From the human T2T-CHM13v2.0 reference genome, Homo sapiens, in NCBI RefSeq assembly GCF_009914755.1, contig NC_060936.1: DNA of 64,000 nt; one strand, written 5' to 3'. Shown piece after piece: positions 41,530-53,521 of this stretch. Position numbers and translations under genes: made by a program. Numbering within the stretch: the stretch's first letter is position 1; each line of letters begins with the position of its first letter. Below the pieces are notes generated by a model. The model had not been told where the DNA came from, did no database searches, and saw only the letters and a list, made by a program, of their open reading frames with translations.

Positions 41530-42707
41530 TTATCATGTGCTAACTACTATAACAAACCATCCTAAAATCTTAACAATACAATAAAGTTATAATGTTTTAA
41601 ATGTCATAGACTGTGTGAATTAGTGTCTTTTGCGCACGTCGTTCCTTACTGAGGGATTTTGGAAGCATTCGGAGTTCAGTTTCTCCATTTGAGAACGAGA
41701 AGAAATAGGCAGTTACCTCTCTTGGACAAACAGGTTTTGATCCATCCCGTCTGAACTTCAAAACAAATTCCCCCTTCCCAACAGGTCTTGCACTGCTGTT
41801 TTTCACGCTATGAGTTGTGCACGGTTTATTTTTTTAAAAATCCTGAAATCTTAATGACTTAATACAGTAAAATTGTAATTTATGTCATAGACTGTATGGA
41901 TTAGTGGGGAGAGTGAAGACTATGCTTCATACAGTCATTTAGGGATCTGGACTCATTGCATCTATGGCTACAGCATCTTCCAAGGCCTTGGAGTCTTCCA
42001 GAAGGTACTTTATATGCAAGTAACAAACCAGGAAAGAGGCTGGGTGCATGCCTGTAATCTCAGCACTTTGGGAGGCAGAGACAGGATGATCACTTGAGTC
42101 CACTAATTCGAGACCAGCTTGGGCAACATGGCAAGGCCCTGTCTCTACAAAAAAATTAAAAAGTTAGGTAGGCATGGTGGCATGAGCCTGTAGTCCCAGC
42201 TACTTGGGACACTGAGGTGGAGGATTGCTTAAGCCCAAGAGGTTGAGGTTACAGTGAGCCATGATTGCACTACTGCACTCCAGACTGGGTGACAGAGAGA
42301 TCCTGTCCAAAAAAAAAAAAAAATAGAGAGAGAGAAAGAAATAAAAGAGAGGAAGAAAGAAAAGAAAGAAGAAAAAAGAAAAGAAAAAAGAAAGAAGGGG
42401 GAAGGGCGAGGGAGGGAGGGAGGGAAGGGGGGAGGGAGCGAAGGGGGGAGGGAGGGAGGAGAAAAGAAGAAAAGAAAAGAAAGAAAAGAAAAAAATGGGA
42501 AAGAGAAAGTGCATGGATTATCACATTGGGAGATGTTTGTGGATCATGCCTGAAAGTGGCATATGTTACTTTTATTTACAATTCATTCATTGCAAAACCT
42601 AATCAAGTGGGCTCACCTAAAACATTCAGAATATTGAGAAATATAGTCTAAAAGTATACCAAGGAGACTATAACAGACCTAACTTTGTGCTAGCAATTTC
42701 CACCACA
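41530..42707 (-). mobile_element. MaLR LTR relic (MLT1J-like) containing an unexplained insert and an AluJ
   Basis: GCTAACTACTATAACAAAC..CCTAAAATCT start, CAGTCATTTAGGGATC, CCTGAAAGTGGCATATGTTACTT, ends CACCACA. Confidence 0.6.
42038..42498 (+). mobile_element. AluJ with tail expanded into a GA-rich polypurine tract
   Basis: AluJ features (GGATTGCTTAAGCCCAAGAGG, CATGATTGCACTACTGC); GGAAAGA on both sides as the likely TSD. Confidence 0.9.
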
Positions 42708-43059
42708 CTTAACTACTTGGCAAATATTTCTCAAATATCTGTCTCATTATGATTGACTTTTAATAAGCATTAACAAAGTTTTTTTTAATTATGAGGAAAG
42801 AAGAAGGCATTCTACGAAAATATATATCGCTATTTTTTGCTTCATCTGTTGTAAAACAACTGCTAGATTCTCTAAACACAAAAAGCAACTTGCTTTGTAT
42901 ATTTTGTTGTTAGATCACATTAACAAAAATATTAAATAAAATGGAGTGTGATGGGGAAATGGTTATATAAATTATGGTTTAGCCACATGGCAATACTTAT
43001 GCATGAATTAAAGTGATATTTGAAAAAAAATTTAATAAGGCAGAAAAATGATGCTTATA

Positions 43060-44290
43060 TTTTTTGTTAGCAGCTTTCCTAAGGTGTAACTGGCATACAA
43101 TATATCATACATATTTAAAATGTACAGATTGATAAATGTTGATTATATATGTGTACCTGTGAGACCATCACCACTATCTAGGAAATGAACAAATCCATAA
43201 CCCTCAAAAGTTTTCTCTTGCCCATTTATAATCCTTTCCATCACTCTGGCTTATCCCCAGGCAACCACTTATCTGCTTCCTGTTACTCTAGCTTGCATTT
43301 TATATGGTTTGATATTAACGGAATTATATAGTTGTGCACTTTTTATCCCCTTTCACTGAGCATAATTATTCTGAGATTAATCTATGTTGTATCATGCATC
43401 ACAGTTTATTATTTTTTACTGTTGAGTAGTATTCCTATATATGGATGTACTATATTTTATTGATTCATTGACTTGTTTAGGGACATCTGCATTACTCTCA
43501 GTTTGGGACTATTATAAATAAAGCTGCTAATAACATTCCTGTACAGGTTCTTATATGGATTTATGCTTTTATTTCTCTTGGACAAATAACTAGGAGTGGA
43601 AGGACTGGATTGTATGGTGAATATTATGTATAACTTTTTAAATGAAATTCACCAAATTCTATTCCAAAGTGGTTGTACCATTTTATATACTCACTACCAG
43701 CGTATGATTTTCCTGTTTATCTATGTCTTAGTCCATTCTAGCTAATTAAAATACCGTAAACTGGGTGGTTTATAAACAACAGAAATTTACTTCTCACAGT
43801 TCTGGAGCCTGAGGAGTCCAAAATTAAGGAATTAGCAGATTTGATATTTAGTGAGCTTCTATTTCCTAATTCATATACAGCCATCTTTTCACTGTGTACT
43901 CACATAGTGGAAGCAGGGAGAGACTTCTCTGCAGTCTCTTTTATAAGGATGCTAATTCATTCATAAGGGCTTCACTTTCATGATTCAATTACCTTCCAAA
44001 TTACTTACCTCCAAATATCATAACATTAGGGGTTAGGTTTTAACAGATGAATGTTGCGGGGAACACAAACATTTAGTCTATGGCAATCCACATCCTCACC
44101 AACTTTTGGTATGGTCCATCTTTTTACTTTTAGCCATGCTAGTAAGTTTGCAGGGGTATCTTATTGTGGTTTGCATTTCTTTAAAGACTAATAATTTGAG
44201 CATATTTCTATGTTTGTATTTCCCATTCAAATGTCTTCTTTAGCGTTACCACTATTCAAATTTTATGTCTGTTTTTCAAGAGTTTTAAGA
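43060..44290 (-). mobile_element. L1MB/MC 3' portion, split by a MaLR LTR
   Basis: CCCCAGGCAACCACTTATCTGCTT, TTCCAAAGTGGTTGTACCATTTT; resumes at ATCCACATCCTCACCAAC after the LTR. Confidence 0.85.
43724..44085 (-). mobile_element. MaLR solo LTR (MLT1A/MST-like)
   Basis: TGTCTTAGTCCATT...TAAACAACAGAAATTTACTTCTCACAGTTCTGGAG...ACACAAACATTTAGTCTATGGCA; 5-bp TSD ATCTA/ATCCA. Confidence 0.88.
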
Positions 44291-44294
44291 GATA

Positions 44295-44896
44295 GTCCCT
44301 TCCTTTGGGCCCTGGGCAGTGGCTCCACTCACTCTAACTGAAGAGGTGGCCCAGCACCCTGTACCTGTGCCCTCTGGTCCTATAATATTAGTGGCAGCCC
44401 TGCTGGCCTCAAAGCCACCCTTAGAGTGACTCCTTCCTTTTCTTGAAGGACAACACATTTTATCAGCAGAGCAGTTCTATTGGCTTCTGTCACACTTATA
44501 TAATCCCAGAAGTTCAACAGCCTTCATTTCATCACGTTTTAGTCTGAGCTGACAATATTTCTGCTTAGGTGGTTGATTGAATCTATGAGTCACACATTTA
44601 CCTCTCTGGCAAAAGTGTATGCCTCTACACCTTGGCCCTGTTTCCAGAGCACATTATATGGATAGTCTGAGAATCTCCCAAATCATCAAGTTCTGGTTCT
44701 TTTTTGCTTAATAGTTCCTTTTTCAATGTATCAGTTTTCTCTCATGTATACCATAAGCAGCAAGAAGAAACCAGGGCTCATCTTCAACAGTTTTCCAGGA
44801 AATCTCTTCAGCTAGATATCCAGGTTCATTGCTTACAAGTTCCTCTTTCTGCTCAATAGCAGAAAATAATTCAGGTAAGATTGTTGCTACTTTCCA
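44295..44896 (-). mobile_element. MaLR internal-region fragment
   Basis: GGAAATCTCTTCAGCTAGATATCCAGGTTCATTGCTTACAAGTTC resembles MLT/MST-int sequence. Confidence 0.6.
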
Positions 44897-45471
44897 TTTT
44901 TTAATTGACACACTGTAATTGCACATATTTATGGGATACAATCTGATGTTTTGATACATATATGTTGCATAATAATCATAATAATCAAATCAGGGTAGAT
45001 AGCATATCCATCACCTCATGCACTTATTTCTTCATAGTGAGAACATTCAAAAGCCTGTCTTCTAACTATTTTATAACATATAGCTTACCATCAATCATCA
45101 GCACCCTACTGTGCATTAGAACCCCAGAACTTATTCCTCCTATCTAATCATCACTTTGTATCCATTGGCAAACATCCTCCCATCATCCCTTTCCCCCTTC
45201 CTGCAAGATGTGGGATCAACCCAAATGTCCAGTAATGGATGGAATAGATAAAGCAAATGTGGTATATATACACAGTGGAATACTATGCAGCCATAAAAAA
45301 GAATGGATCCTGCCACTTGCAGCAACATGGATGGACCCAGAGGTCATTATGTTAATCGAAAAACAAATACCAGACACAGAAAGACAAATACTGCATGATC
45401 TCACTTACATGTGAAATCTTGAAAAAATAAAAAAGAGTTGATATCACAGAAGCAGAAGGTAGAACAGTGGT
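44897..45471 (-). mobile_element. L1MA 3' end with 5' inversion (twin priming)
   Basis: Antisense 3'UTR at 44897-45203 is joined to the sense upstream segment at 45204-45471. Confidence 0.88.
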
Positions 45472-45553
45472 CTCCATAATCTTTCTTGCCTGGAGATCAT
45501 TCCCAGCAGCAAAATAACAAGCTGTCATGTCTCCCATCTCTTCCATCAAGAAA

Positions 45554-45613
45554 GGGAAGGGAAGGGAAGGGGAGGGGAGGGGAGGGAGGGGAGGGGAGGG
45601 GAGGGGAGGGGGG
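45554..45613 (+). repeat. (GGGAA)n/(GGGGA)n G-rich repeat
   Basis: About 12 runs of 3 or more G. Confidence 0.95.
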
Positions 45614-45639
45614 AAGCTGTTGCTGCTTTCTAACAATAA

Positions 45640-46000
<361 letters not shown>

Positions 46001-46077
46001 AATTTCTCATTTTTTTTTCTTGCCAATAAACTGCAAACATTATTCTGTTTATATATATATATCTGTGCATAAGTGTA

Positions 46078-46121
<44 letters not shown>

Positions 46122-46221
46122 TGCATAAACACACACAAACCCACAAATTTGTATAATTCTTTGTATTGTTTACATGCTATTTTTATATTTGATTTCATGT
46201 TCTGTCTCCACCCCTTAAGAC

Positions 46222-46410
46222 TTCTGTGATCTTACAGCTAGTTTCTTAATTTCTCTGTATCTCAGTTTCCTTATTTTAAGAGACTGATGCTAATAAAATA
46301 TTAACCCCACAAATTGGTTGTGATCATTCAGTTATGTCCCCAGTGAAACAATTAGATTAATATCCAGTGGATGATAAGCACTAAATAATTGGTAGCTGTT
46401 ATTATTACTT
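46222..46410 (+). mobile_element. MIR
   Basis: Core TTCTCTGTATCTCAGTTTCCTTATTT; 3' end AAATAATTGGTAGCTGTTATTATTA. Confidence 0.75.
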
Positions 46411-48479
46411 CCAAGATCGTGTTCCAGTTTATATAGCTGTTGCCACAACCTGGACCTGAAATATTTCTTTTGGCATTAAGAGTGAGGTATTCCTTCTATA
46501 TACAGTCTCCGCTCTTAAGTCCTCATTTATCCACTCCTTTAGCCAGTCTCTTGGATGATTTAAAATTTACCTCTGACAATGTCGAAAAGCAATTCCATTC
46601 TAGATTACATGGTTGTCACTTTTTACTGTCCTAGCTACTTCCCTCTTCATCCTCCGGGTGCCAGGCCCCACTCCACTCAGTACCCTCTGAAACTGACAGC
46701 ATCTGACACAGTGCCCAGAAACATCTTGCTGTAAAGTAGCTATGCCATTTCCATTGGCCCTGATGTTCCACCCTGTAATATGACACCCTCAGAGATCTCC
46801 ATCCTCAAAACAGCAATAATTTTTTAATTTAAAAATACAATTTTTAATTCATTTTTTTGTTTGTTGGTAGAGGAGAAAATGAAATTGACATGAATGTTAG
46901 AATCTCAGAAGGTAAAATCTCATAAAGTAGTAAACCATTGCTTTGGAGAGCAGAGAAAGATGACATTAATAATAATATATTAAAATTGATTAGTAAAACT
47001 TTTATTCATCATTAACTTCATCAATTTGATTCACGCGTTCTCAACCAAACAAGTTGTCAATGAAGCAAAACCATATAGGTTAATTCATAATCCAACAACC
47101 TAATCAATAATCAAGGTGTGAATTTCTTAAAACATCTACAGTTTAAATTCTCTAGTAAGAATTGATCGGGAAGTCATGGAATACAACTTGACATGCTTAA
47201 TCTCTAGTCTCTACTTATAAAATTATAATAGTGTTTAAATATGTAACATGAATTTAGAGAGCAATGAATTCAAATACCAATGTATTTGGTGCTTATGAAA
47301 CTGGCACATGTTTTTAAGAAAGAAGATGAGATTTTGCTCTATTTTTGAAACCGGATGCAAAACAATTTGAGGTTAAAGATGCACTGTGCTCTTTGGGTTT
47401 AGGGAGAATTTTTCTAGAGAAGTTTGCTTTTGAGAAGGTGGCTACATGAACGTGTTTCCCCTCATCCCACAGCAGCAGTTAAAAATCCATTCAGAGGTTT
47501 TAAGCAGAGTTCATTTGATTGTAGGTCAGTACCCAGTGGATAAATCACAAAATTGCTTCAAATAATGTGCGTGACTTGCTTTCTTCCTGCTGAGGAGAAG
47601 CTCTGAACTGAGAGAGCATGAAGTAAGAAATGTTTCCTCACCCCTAAGGTTAATGCCCCTGTCACAGCTGAAGTCACTGTCAAGCAAACACAGAGAAGTA
47701 GCTTAAAATGCAACTGTTCTGATCAATCTGCCACAGGCAGCAGAAAACAAATGGTTGGGATTCCCATCTTTGCCAGTGGCAGGGCATTCATTAAAGTACA
47801 ATGATAAGTGAAAAGAAAGGAACAAGAAATCCCTTGGCCAAGAGCTTGAATGAAATATGCCACAAAAAGCACAGGGCTTTTCAAAAGCAGTCTTTTGTAA
47901 TCACGGAGGCCTTTTAGGGTGGCAAAATGTAATGTTTTAGTGTATGTGTTAGGTGTAAATGTTCCCCTTGATAGTATTAGGCTGTTGACCCCCTACTGCA
48001 GGAATAATCTTTCTCAAGCACCATTTTCATCAAGCCATTCCTACTCAAGGGCCCTTCGGGAGAGCGCCCTGGTGTCTACCATATTAAATCCAAACTCTTG
48101 AGCCTGGCTTGCCCAGAAGTCCTCCTCCAGCTGATCTTTGCCTCAGCTACACCAGCAAACAGGCCTTCTTAAGTCTCTTGAAATAGATTGGCTTGCTTTT
48201 CTCTGCATAATTTTTTTTTATACAAGCTAACTTTAAGATTCTGCTCCTTATTCTCCAGCCTTGAATGTGCTCCTTATGCCCAAAGGTATGCACTCCCACA
48301 TATACCTTTATCTTATGCCCTTTGAATTCTTTAAAATTAGCTTTGAAATTGTATTCCTCTATTCAAATCATACTTTGGTTGCATGATTTTTAAGTATACA
48401 TTCTGCACCATTTTGTTTTATAGAATTTTGTTTCTATAAGTTTGTTGTCCAAAACCAAAGTCAAAATAATGCAGAGCAC

Positions 48480-48848
48480 GTTCTTGGCTTCACTGAAGTA
48501 GGAATTCAAAAACTAGCAAGGGGTAGAAAAAAGCAATTTTATTGAGGCAGTAGCAGGGTTACAGCTCCCTGACTGCTCCTGCAGAGCAGGACTATCCCAC
48601 AGATAGTGTGCTGAGAATAGCACCCCAGGGACAAGTTCTGTCACTATATCCACTTTTAATGGTTTACTAATTAAGATGCATGGTATTCAGAATTAGCTAG
48701 AAAATGAGAATAACTTCTGGGAGTTGCCAATGACAATAGTAAACTGTCATGGTGTTGGTGGGCCTGTATTATGGTCAGTGCTTTTGGTGCCTCTTCCTAG
48801 CTTCTGCCAGTCTTCAATATGGTCGAGTCCCACCTGTCTCCTACCTCA
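48480..48848 (-). mobile_element. ERV1-class solo LTR (subfamily not resolved)
   Basis: Ends CTCCTACCTCA (reverse complement TGAGGTAGGAG, an LTR start); antisense poly(A) signal TTTATT; GACTGCTCCTGCAGAGCAGG motif. Confidence 0.7.
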
Positions 48849-50401
48849 AAAACATAACAACAGCAGTATTTTTTTTGTCATGATTATCCAATGACTTGAT
48901 AATCATGCCTCCTTTTAATTGTTCAATAAATGCTTATTACTTGACTATGCATTGGAGTATTGCTAAATTCTGAGTCCAGAAATGGGCAACAAATGATTCC
49001 AATTTGGGGGGGAATACTTAAATTCTATTTGATTTCAATCAAGACCAAAGTACTGTGCATCCAGAAGAGGGTCAGGTAAGGCTTTCTGAAGGAAGCAGCC
49101 TCATTTCAAAGCATGTGTGATTAAACTAGGGATAATCACAAGGAATTTCCCCAAAGGAGGAAACAAGACTGAGAATCTCATTAATATAAAGTAATGAAAA
49201 AATCTTATAGGAAGTTAGACTATCAATGTGGTTCTTATAAACTTCACCCTTAACTCCATGTTAGCACAATCATTTTTTTTTTCCTGTCACAGGCAGGTAT
49301 GCTGAATGAAAGTTTATTTCAAAAATTTGAATCCTCTAAATAAATAGTATGATAGGCATTGCATGTTACAGAGTTATTTAGAATTTACCTGTTGGTCTCC
49401 AAAATTAAATAAAAGTAATGACCCTCCCTGACCTGCTTTTTCCCATTATTCTAAACATTTTAGCAACATTCTGGACTATTAACTGCTTCATCATGAAATT
49501 CTTTCTTGCTCCAAGTCACAATATTCCTGGATGTCTCTTACCTTGCAGACAACTTAATGTCTTTTTTCCTTCTTATTTCTTGTGAAAATGAGGAATTTCC
49601 ATGTTTTAATACTTAACTGCATTTTTCTCTGTGTGTTCTTACCCATTTACGGTCTGTGGAGAGGGGTACCTTTCCTTTTCCCAGCTCATGCTCAAGAGAG
49701 GAAAAACTGTTTAATCAATGAGAATTGAAAACACTCATTGGGTCACCCCATGTGCAGCTTCCCCTTTTGCAGTGGCCACTGCCAGCCTTCATGGAGTGAA
49801 AAGTGGTAAGCAGGGCCTAGGCCTCCGTGGCAGATGTCTATTTCTGCATATTTCCATCTCCACCTCCTCTGAGAATACAAACAGGGGGATAAATTAATCC
49901 AACATCCACTCCTCAGATTCAGCTACCTTGTTTCCCAACGTTTCTGAGACCTTTTAAATCTTATTCATTACCTGGATTCATGCTGATGTTGTAGCTGGAA
50001 GACCAAGGCTAAGTTTCTTCAATGGAAAAGGTCTTACCCTCTCTCTTTTCTCTTGTTCTGCATGGCTGACTCTCTAGGCCAGCTCAAGATCAGATTCCTA
50101 TGATATAACACAACATCAGAGCTTCTACTATTATTATGTTATTGAGAAATAAATTATTTTAAAATGAGAAGAATCTTACATTAAAAAATTCAAGTTTCAA
50201 TATATAGACTTCTTTGTATGGATGGATAGACTTATTTCTACCAACATAGTTTGATTTTTTTCCTCCTGTATTTCTTTCATCATCTGCAGGCTGTCTTCCA
50301 ATGTAGTTAAATTTCATATTAGCTACAGAGCATAAATATATGACATTTTTGGCTTAAATGTTAGTGCTGGGTATTTAAATTGATGGCTTCGTTTTGGAAG
50401 C

Positions 50402-50438
50402 TGTATTAGAGTTTTCCAGAGAAATAGAACGTATATAC

Positions 50439-50469
<31 letters not shown>

Positions 50470-50638
50470 TATAAAACGTATATATGACATATATATAGAA
50501 CATATATATATAGAGAGAACATATATATGTGTGTGTGTGTGAATCTATATATGTGTGTATATATGTGTGTGTATATACATATATATATATATAGGTTCTG
50601 TGTGTGTGTGCTTTTGATGCCTCTTCCTAGCTTCTGTC

Positions 50639-50680
<42 letters not shown>

Positions 50681-51126
50681 TATATAATATATATTATGTA
50701 TTATATATTATATAATATATATAATATGTATTATATATATATTATATAATACGTATTATATATAATACGTATTATATATAATATATTATATAATACGTAT
50801 TATATATTATATATTATATAATACGTATTATATAATATATAATATATAATACGTATTATATATATTATATAATATATAATACATATATATACACACACCC
50901 ATATATATGAGAGAGAGAGAGATTTAGGTATTGGCTCACGTAATTATGGTGACTGGCACGTCTAAAATCTGCAGGGCGGACTAGAGTTCCCGTATTGTGG
51001 AGGACAATCTGCTGTATTTAAAGTTTACCAATCTCACCCAAAAAACAGTCTCATAGAAACATCCAGAACAATGTTTGACCAAAATCTATGGCTCTACCAA
51101 GTTGACATATACAATGAAGTATAACA
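50402..51126 (-). mobile_element. ERVL LTR (MLT2B-like) with a greatly expanded internal TA/CA tract
   Basis: TGTATTAGAGTTTTCCAGAGAAATAGAAC...ATTGGCTCAC...CATCCAGAACAATGTTTGACC...AAGTTGACATA; TSD GAAGC/GAAGT. Confidence 0.88.
50431..50922. repeat. Compound (TA)n/(CA)n/(GA)n repeat with palindromic ATAATACGTATTAT units
   Basis: Directly visible. Confidence 0.97.
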
Positions 51127-51329
51127 GAAGTTAAAAGTTTTCTACTTTTCCTTACTTTAAGCCTCATTAAAATTTAAGGAGGTAACTATGTCCAGGACTC
51201 ATCTTTTGAATTTATATTACTTAAATACAGACTCATAAATTAAAGCCCCTCCACCACTGCCACACCATTATAGTCACCATATACCCTAACTGGTTCTATA
51301 GTATTTACTACTGTGTTCCTAATTATGGT

Positions 51330-51800
51330 TTATGAACAAATATACATTGAGTGCTTAGAAGGTACCATGAACTGTTCCAGGTGCTGGCCATAAGAGCTGG
51401 TTTTTCTAGAACTATGTTCTACTGGGGACCATAGGCAATAATAAATAAATAAGTGAACATAAGTCAAAGTCATAATAACTAGTATAAAGAAAAATAAAGC
51501 AGCTTATTGAGAGAGAGCATAGCAGCAAGAATTATACTAAATAGTGTGGTCAGAGAAGCCTCTCCATGGATGCAATGCTTCTGTTTCAGCAAGAACTTAA
51601 AGTAGTGTTGGGTCAAACTAGGCAGATATCTGGGGCAAATGTGTTCTATTGAGAAGGACTAGCAATTGAAAAATCCTGAAGTCGTGCTGCCTTTTTGTGT
51701 TCACATAATAGCAGGGGCCAATGTGGCCAGAGCAGAGTAAAAGATGGAGTTAAGAAATGAGGCCACGAGGAGCCAGGAGCAGGTTGTCACTGTAGCATTT
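51330..51800 (-). mobile_element. L2 3' end
   Basis: GAACAAATATACATTGAGTGCTTAG...CTGTTCCAGGTGCTGG, GTGGTCAGAGAAGCCTCTC. Confidence 0.8.
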
Positions 51801-52139
51801 CAGGGACCCAAGCTATGTATTTAAGTCCGATGCTATGGTGATTTTATTAGAGAAAAGAGAGAAAAGGAATTTTGAATCTTATTTTATAGGACACAATTTT
51901 CAAGTGTAAATGTCTATCTGGGTTAGACAGATAAAGAAAATGTATGAGGCATGTTGGTAGAAATGGGTGACCTGGAATGTTAAGACCTTCTAAAAACTGA
52001 ATTTCAAGTCTATGCTACAGCTAGGTATAATTACACAGAGAATTCAGACTACAAGTTGTGAATTTGCGACTTCTGATAAAATGCTGTATAGATCATTATG
52101 TGAATTAGGGAAGGAAGTGTGTATTTTTAAAATCTGTTC

Positions 52140-52320
52140 TCTTTACTGAGCACTACAGAAGAAGTTTTCACATATGTTATCTCACTAAATCCTCAAGATA
52201 AAACTATATCATAGGTACTTTTCAAAGAAGAACATAGCCAGGTCAGAGGTACATCCTAACTAATCAGCGGCAGCCATGGGGATAAATTGAAGCTCTTGAT
52301 TGACACTTGCTGTGCCACAT
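52140..52320 (-). mobile_element. MIR relic
   Basis: TTTACTGAGCACTAC...CACATATGTTATCTCACTAAATCCTCA. Confidence 0.6.
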
Positions 52321-53297
52321 AGTTAAGTCAATGAAATGGTATGTTTAAATGAGCCTCATCCATTTTTGTCAGAGCCACCACAATTTGATAGATATCAGCT
52401 ACCAGACTTATTGAGATAGATTATTATGTATAACTTTCAAAAATATTTTTCAAGAACTAGTAGAATACTATTAAACTCCTCACATACACCAAGGGTATAA
52501 AGTGATTGAGGGTAAGGAGGTTATTTTGGAAAGAGGATGTCTTTCTTGTGAACTGTGCTGTGAGCCCTACTCCCTGAAGAAAAAAGGGTAGGGCCATTAG
52601 CCTCTCACCAAAAGCCTAGGAAGAAAGAATGGCTTTCTTCTAGGAAGAAAGAATTAACTCAAGAAACATTTGTCTCCTGAATCTCATTTGGAAAATCTCA
52701 AAAGCTAGAGATGCCTTAAATGATGGCAGAGGTGAAGTAGAAGTTGCTGCTGCCATTATGTTGTGGAAAATAATGAATAGACCAATTGTAGCCATATGAA
52801 TGAGCACAGTGGCATGGGTTGTATTTGATCCTGTACAAAAAGGAAGATGTGAAACTCAGCATTGTAGAGATCTACTGACTATACTACAAAACACTAAAAA
52901 ATGAGCTGATGGGATATCGTTTGCATCAAAAGAAATGCAGATGAGATGGCCCCAGCAAAGGGGAATTTCCTGAAGAAGATGCAAAAGTTTTCCATATGTG
53001 TCAGTTTAAATATTGTCCAGCCTAACAGAACTTGAAGCCAGCTTATGACATTAGAGCCAAATAACATAACTACCCCTCATAACTCCCCGCTTTTTGAGGA
53101 CAGACTTCCCCCATGACAATAATGTTAATGTGGAGAACACAAGACTAAATGTTTATTATCAACAATAAATTCAAAAAGTGTTAGTAGCCATCAAATCATT
53201 TTTTATCAAATCAGTATAATTAAACTATTTTATAAATAACTTGTCTTCACCTAAAAGTAAAAATCTTCCCAAACTCTTGCACAGGCTTTCCCTAAGC

Positions 53298-53521
53298 CAG
53301 AAGTTGGCAAACATTTTCTGCAAAGGACTAAATAGTAAATATTTTACACTTTGCATGCCAGGTGGTCTCTGTCACAACTATCCAATTCAGCCACTGTAAT
53401 GTGAAAGCTTCAATAGACAATACATAAATGAATGAGAGTGGCTGTGTTTCAAAAAGCCTTTATTTACAAAAACAAGCAGTAGGCTAGATTTTTCTCATGA
53501 GCCACCATTTGGCAATGCTTG
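53298..53521 (+). mobile_element. MER58A (hAT-Charlie MITE), full length
   Basis: CAGAAGTTGGCAAACATTTTCTGCAAAGG start; perfect 8-bp TSD CCCTAAGC at 53290-53297 and 53522-53529. Confidence 0.93.

Noticed and set aside
41597-41806. 69-aa minus-strand ORF across the CpG-rich insert
   Set aside because: GTG start, no recognisable homology, and it runs into LTR sequence.
42200-42651. K/R/E/G-rich and F/S/P-rich ORFs
   Set aside because: Translation of the polypurine Alu tail.
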